A DNA stretch of 51,668 bases from Polymyxa betae A26-41 (Eukaryota; Protista; Endomyxa: Phytomyxea): positions 1-51,668 of the forward strand of contig RBZT01000094.1 of assembly GCA_003693705.1 (NCBI GenBank), read 5' to 3'. This document shows positions 48,633 through 51,668 of this stretch, one piece after another. The notes under the pieces were generated by a model, which saw nothing but the letters and a program-made list of their open reading frames with translations, did not search any database and was not told where the DNA came from. Each line of letters opens with the position of its first letter. Positions within the stretch are counted from its first letter, which is position 1. The position numbers were made by a program, and so were the translations under genes.

Positions 48633-50888
48633 TAAATTTAAGAAGAATTCTAACTATCCGTGGGTGTGCCGCATTGGTAGTAGAGCTGAAGTAGGGAAGC
48701 AAGTAGAAGTAAGGATCAGTGAAGGCCTTTATTTCCCTGCAATTCTAGATAGCGGCGCCACGGATGTCTCACTCATCCCGAAGTGTATCGCAGAACAGTC
48801 AATGAAGGAAGCCCCTACGATCCAGAAAGAGCGCCTGTCGGAGCCTGTGATATTACGCCTAGGTGATAATGTTATTTCGGAGGCGGCCACGGACGTCGTA
48901 ACCGGCAATATATTGCTACGGACATGTGCCGGTGAAGTCGTGCTACGGCGCAGGAAGTGCCTGATTTGGGACGTCCCTAGTGATGAAATTATACTGGGGA
49001 GCGATCTCCTCGAAGAACTCGGTATAGAGCCGAAAAGAGCACTCGACGCAGTAATTCTGCGTAGCAATGAGAGTACGGCTGCCGAAGCGGCCCCGGAGAT
49101 CGAAGGGAGACCAATGGCAGCGTTAAGAAGTGTCGGGGGTAAAAGAGGTGGGCGCAATTTGCGGACCCACGGACAAAGCGGATAAGAAGTCAGACATTGA
49201 AGAAATGCTGCAGAGAGCTGTGGATAATGCCTACCCGATCAATGGCATAATCAATTAAACGCTTGGTATACCGCTATAAGGACGCTTGGCAAGTAAGGTT
49301 AGGTCGTGATCCACCAGCCAATGTACCGCCATTCGTCTCCCAGCTGAAGCCTAACGCCGCGCCTTTTATATGCAAAGCGAGGCAATACAAACCGGAAGAC
49401 AGCGAATTCGTGAAGAGAATTCTTGAAGAACTACTACAAAACGGGTATATGAAAATCCCAATTCGAGATGGGCTTCTCCAGTAGTAGTGGTTAAAAAGGC
49501 AGATGGCGGGAAACGTATGTGTGTGGATTTACGCGCAGCTAACGCTATCAATGAGAGTACGGCATGGCCAATGCCATTCCTAGAATCTATCGTCAATCAC
49601 TTGGCGGGTTCCAGGCATTGGTTTAAGTTAAATGCCTTTACAGGATTCTGGATGATGCCGTTATCTGAAGATTGTCAAGAAATGTTTTCATTTATGACAG
49701 ACCGGGGAATATATACACCCAAAAGATCCATTCAGGGAGCCCTGAATTCAGCGACACAATTCCAAGCCCGAATGGCCTTGGCCTTTAAAAATCTAATATA
49801 TCATTCGATAATTGTTTGGATTGATGACCTTTTAGGACATGCGAAGACTTTAGAAGAGTGGTTCCATGTATTGGAAACTACTTTGAGATTAGCAGTAAGG
49901 AGTAACATAAAATTTAATGTTAAGAAATGTGAGCTCTATACGAGATCTGCTAAGTTTTGCGGAAGAATATTCTCTCCGGACGGCGTAATTCACGACACGG
50001 ATAGAATTGAAGCACTGGTAGCAATCCCTCAGCCCAAAACTGCGAGGGACCTACAGCAATTTTTGATGGCCACTCAGTGGATGAGTCGCTCGATTCCTGA
50101 CTATAATACGATAGTGCGATCTCTGCAAGATATATTTGAGAATGCCATGAAGAACAAACCAGGACGAACGAAAAGCATTGCCAGACAAGTTCGTCTCATG
50201 AAATATGGTTGGGGCCCGCAGCATGAGCTGGCAGTCGAGAAGTTGAATAGTGCGATAGCAAGTCGTACTATGCTGGCATATCCAAGAGTGGACATGATTC
50301 AATGCATGTTTACTGATGCTAATGAATACAAGACATCAGGAATGGTTACTCAAATTCCGGTAGAAGACTTGGGCAAACCAGTTCAGGTTCAGAGGCACGA
50401 GCCCTTAGTGTTCGTAGCGCACAGATTCAATGGGACCGAGATAAACTGGTCTGTAGCCGAAAAAGGTTTTGCAATAAAAGACACAATGCAGATAATTGGA
50501 ATATTTATAATAAATGAAGAAGCCATTTAAACTGTTTTGTGATCATAAGAATCTTATACAGATTTTTTCTCCGCAACTGGTAAAGAAGCCGACAGCGCAG
50601 AAATTGCAAAGATGGGCTCTGGAGATGCAGAGATTTCGCTATGATATTGAACACATCAAAGGCGAAGATAATCACTGGGCAGACCTTATGACGAGATGGG
50701 GAGCCAGCCAGATCCCAGAAGAACAAATAAAAGCCGTCAGAAAAGCGAAACGCCTTCAGATTCCAGATGAAGCACGGGCCAGACCGTTACAAAGTCCTGA
50801 ATTCACCTGGTCGTCAGTTAAAGAAATTAAGAAGACACAAGAAGACCTATTACAGGTGAAACCCCTAAATATCACGAAGATGGTTTAA
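48633..50888 (+). pseudogene. pol: Gypsy pol: protease, reverse transcriptase, RNase H
   Basis: ILDSGAT; WASPVVVVKK..RMCVDLR; QGALNS; WIDDLL; FTDAN; FCDHKNL..KLQRW..HIKGEDNHWADLMTRW. Several frameshifts. Confidence 0.95.
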
Positions 50889-50952
50889 TTATTACACATG
50901 AAAAAAAGGTCATTATACCAGCAGGTGATGATTTGACGACCAAGATTATGAA

Positions 50953-51668
50953 TTATTGGGTTAGGGTTTTAAACCCTAACCTTGCCGAAATAAGAGATTC
51001 AGTGTTTGCGACCAGAAACTTGATTCTGGAAACGTACTTTTGATCAGCTGAGCTCCAACCGACGCGCCATTTCCCTTTCGTATGTACTTCAAGCTGCTTT
51101 ATACCTCCAGCAACACAAGAGGCGTTGCAATCAGGAGAAAACTCGCCGATTCCATTCCACTCATTCCATATGGAGCGCATAGATCGATGACCCCTAAAGG
51201 GTACGTAGTCGCTCTGGTCTGTTGATTCTGGAACCGGCACTAAGCTTGTCGGCGTGGCGCTAAGCGAACCATGACGAAGCTCAAACTGGCCGATATGGTG
51301 GATGAAACCTTGTAGTTGCGATGTTGTGACGGTTCGTCCCAGACGATCTGTGGCGCTATCTAATTTTTCCGATAAAACTCTGAGATGCCCTCCAATATCT
51401 TTATGGACCTGATCGATTTTATCCTGAACACCAGGTAGCACTGATTCGATACTCGCTTCGAACGGACTAGCAGTAGTCGACAAATATGTTTTCAAAGAAT
51501 CACAAAACTCAGCAAATAAAGGCGAATTAAACACGGGAAGGCTGAACAAGAAATGGTCTCGTCCGAGAAGCTTCATCATAGCTACATCTTGGAGGATAAC
51601 GGATCTCATACGAATCAACATGGTCAGAAAAGCCATCGCAGTCGGGTGCCGGCCTACATTTCGTTCTA
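50953..51668 (-). mobile_element. Crypton-type protein C-terminal part (NDC10-II-like end plus GCR1_C-like domain), running off the window
   Basis: Open ORF: FLTMLIRMRSVILQDVA..HFLFSLPVF..F; RSIWNEWNG..GIKQLE..KWR..KYVSR. The catalytic recombinase part would lie beyond the window. Confidence 0.8.

Larger units (their letters stand above)
45150..50940 (+). mobile_element. Ty3/Gypsy element (gag, protease, RT, RNase H; integrase missing), interrupted by a MULE
   Basis: Gag 45352-46470, protease ILDSGAT, RT and RNase H motifs in Gypsy order. The reading frame continues across the MULE insertion. The 5' boundary is approximate. Confidence 0.92.

Overview
Eukaryotic, transposon-saturated window (short ~41-57 nt GT-AG introns) with no intact host gene, RNA gene or CRISPR array that I can support. 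It is a nest of mostly decayed mobile elements. LTR retrotransposons: Ty3/Gypsy (a chromovirus integrase plus chromodomain at the left edge, a gag-protease remnant, and a WIDD-RT element at 45-51 kb), several Ty1/Copia remnants, and two families of LTRs, three copies being solo LTRs with TSDs. DNA transposons: hAT-like, MULE, pogo/Tc1, Harbinger-like and CACTA/EnSpm-like elements, MITEs and two different Crypton-type remnants. The most notable structure is a multi-gene CACTA-like family present in three partial copies, carrying conserved intron-containing accessory genes of unknown function. Also notable: an hAT-type assignment (TIRs plus 8-bp TSD) for an otherwise anonymous protein family, a tandemly amplified Rae1/Bub3-like WD40 fragment, and a pogo-type MITE carrying a Cys/His domain. 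All family assignments come from my own motif recognition; no database search was run. The TE families resemble those I know from oomycetes and other protists or fungi, but the organism cannot be fixed from this window.
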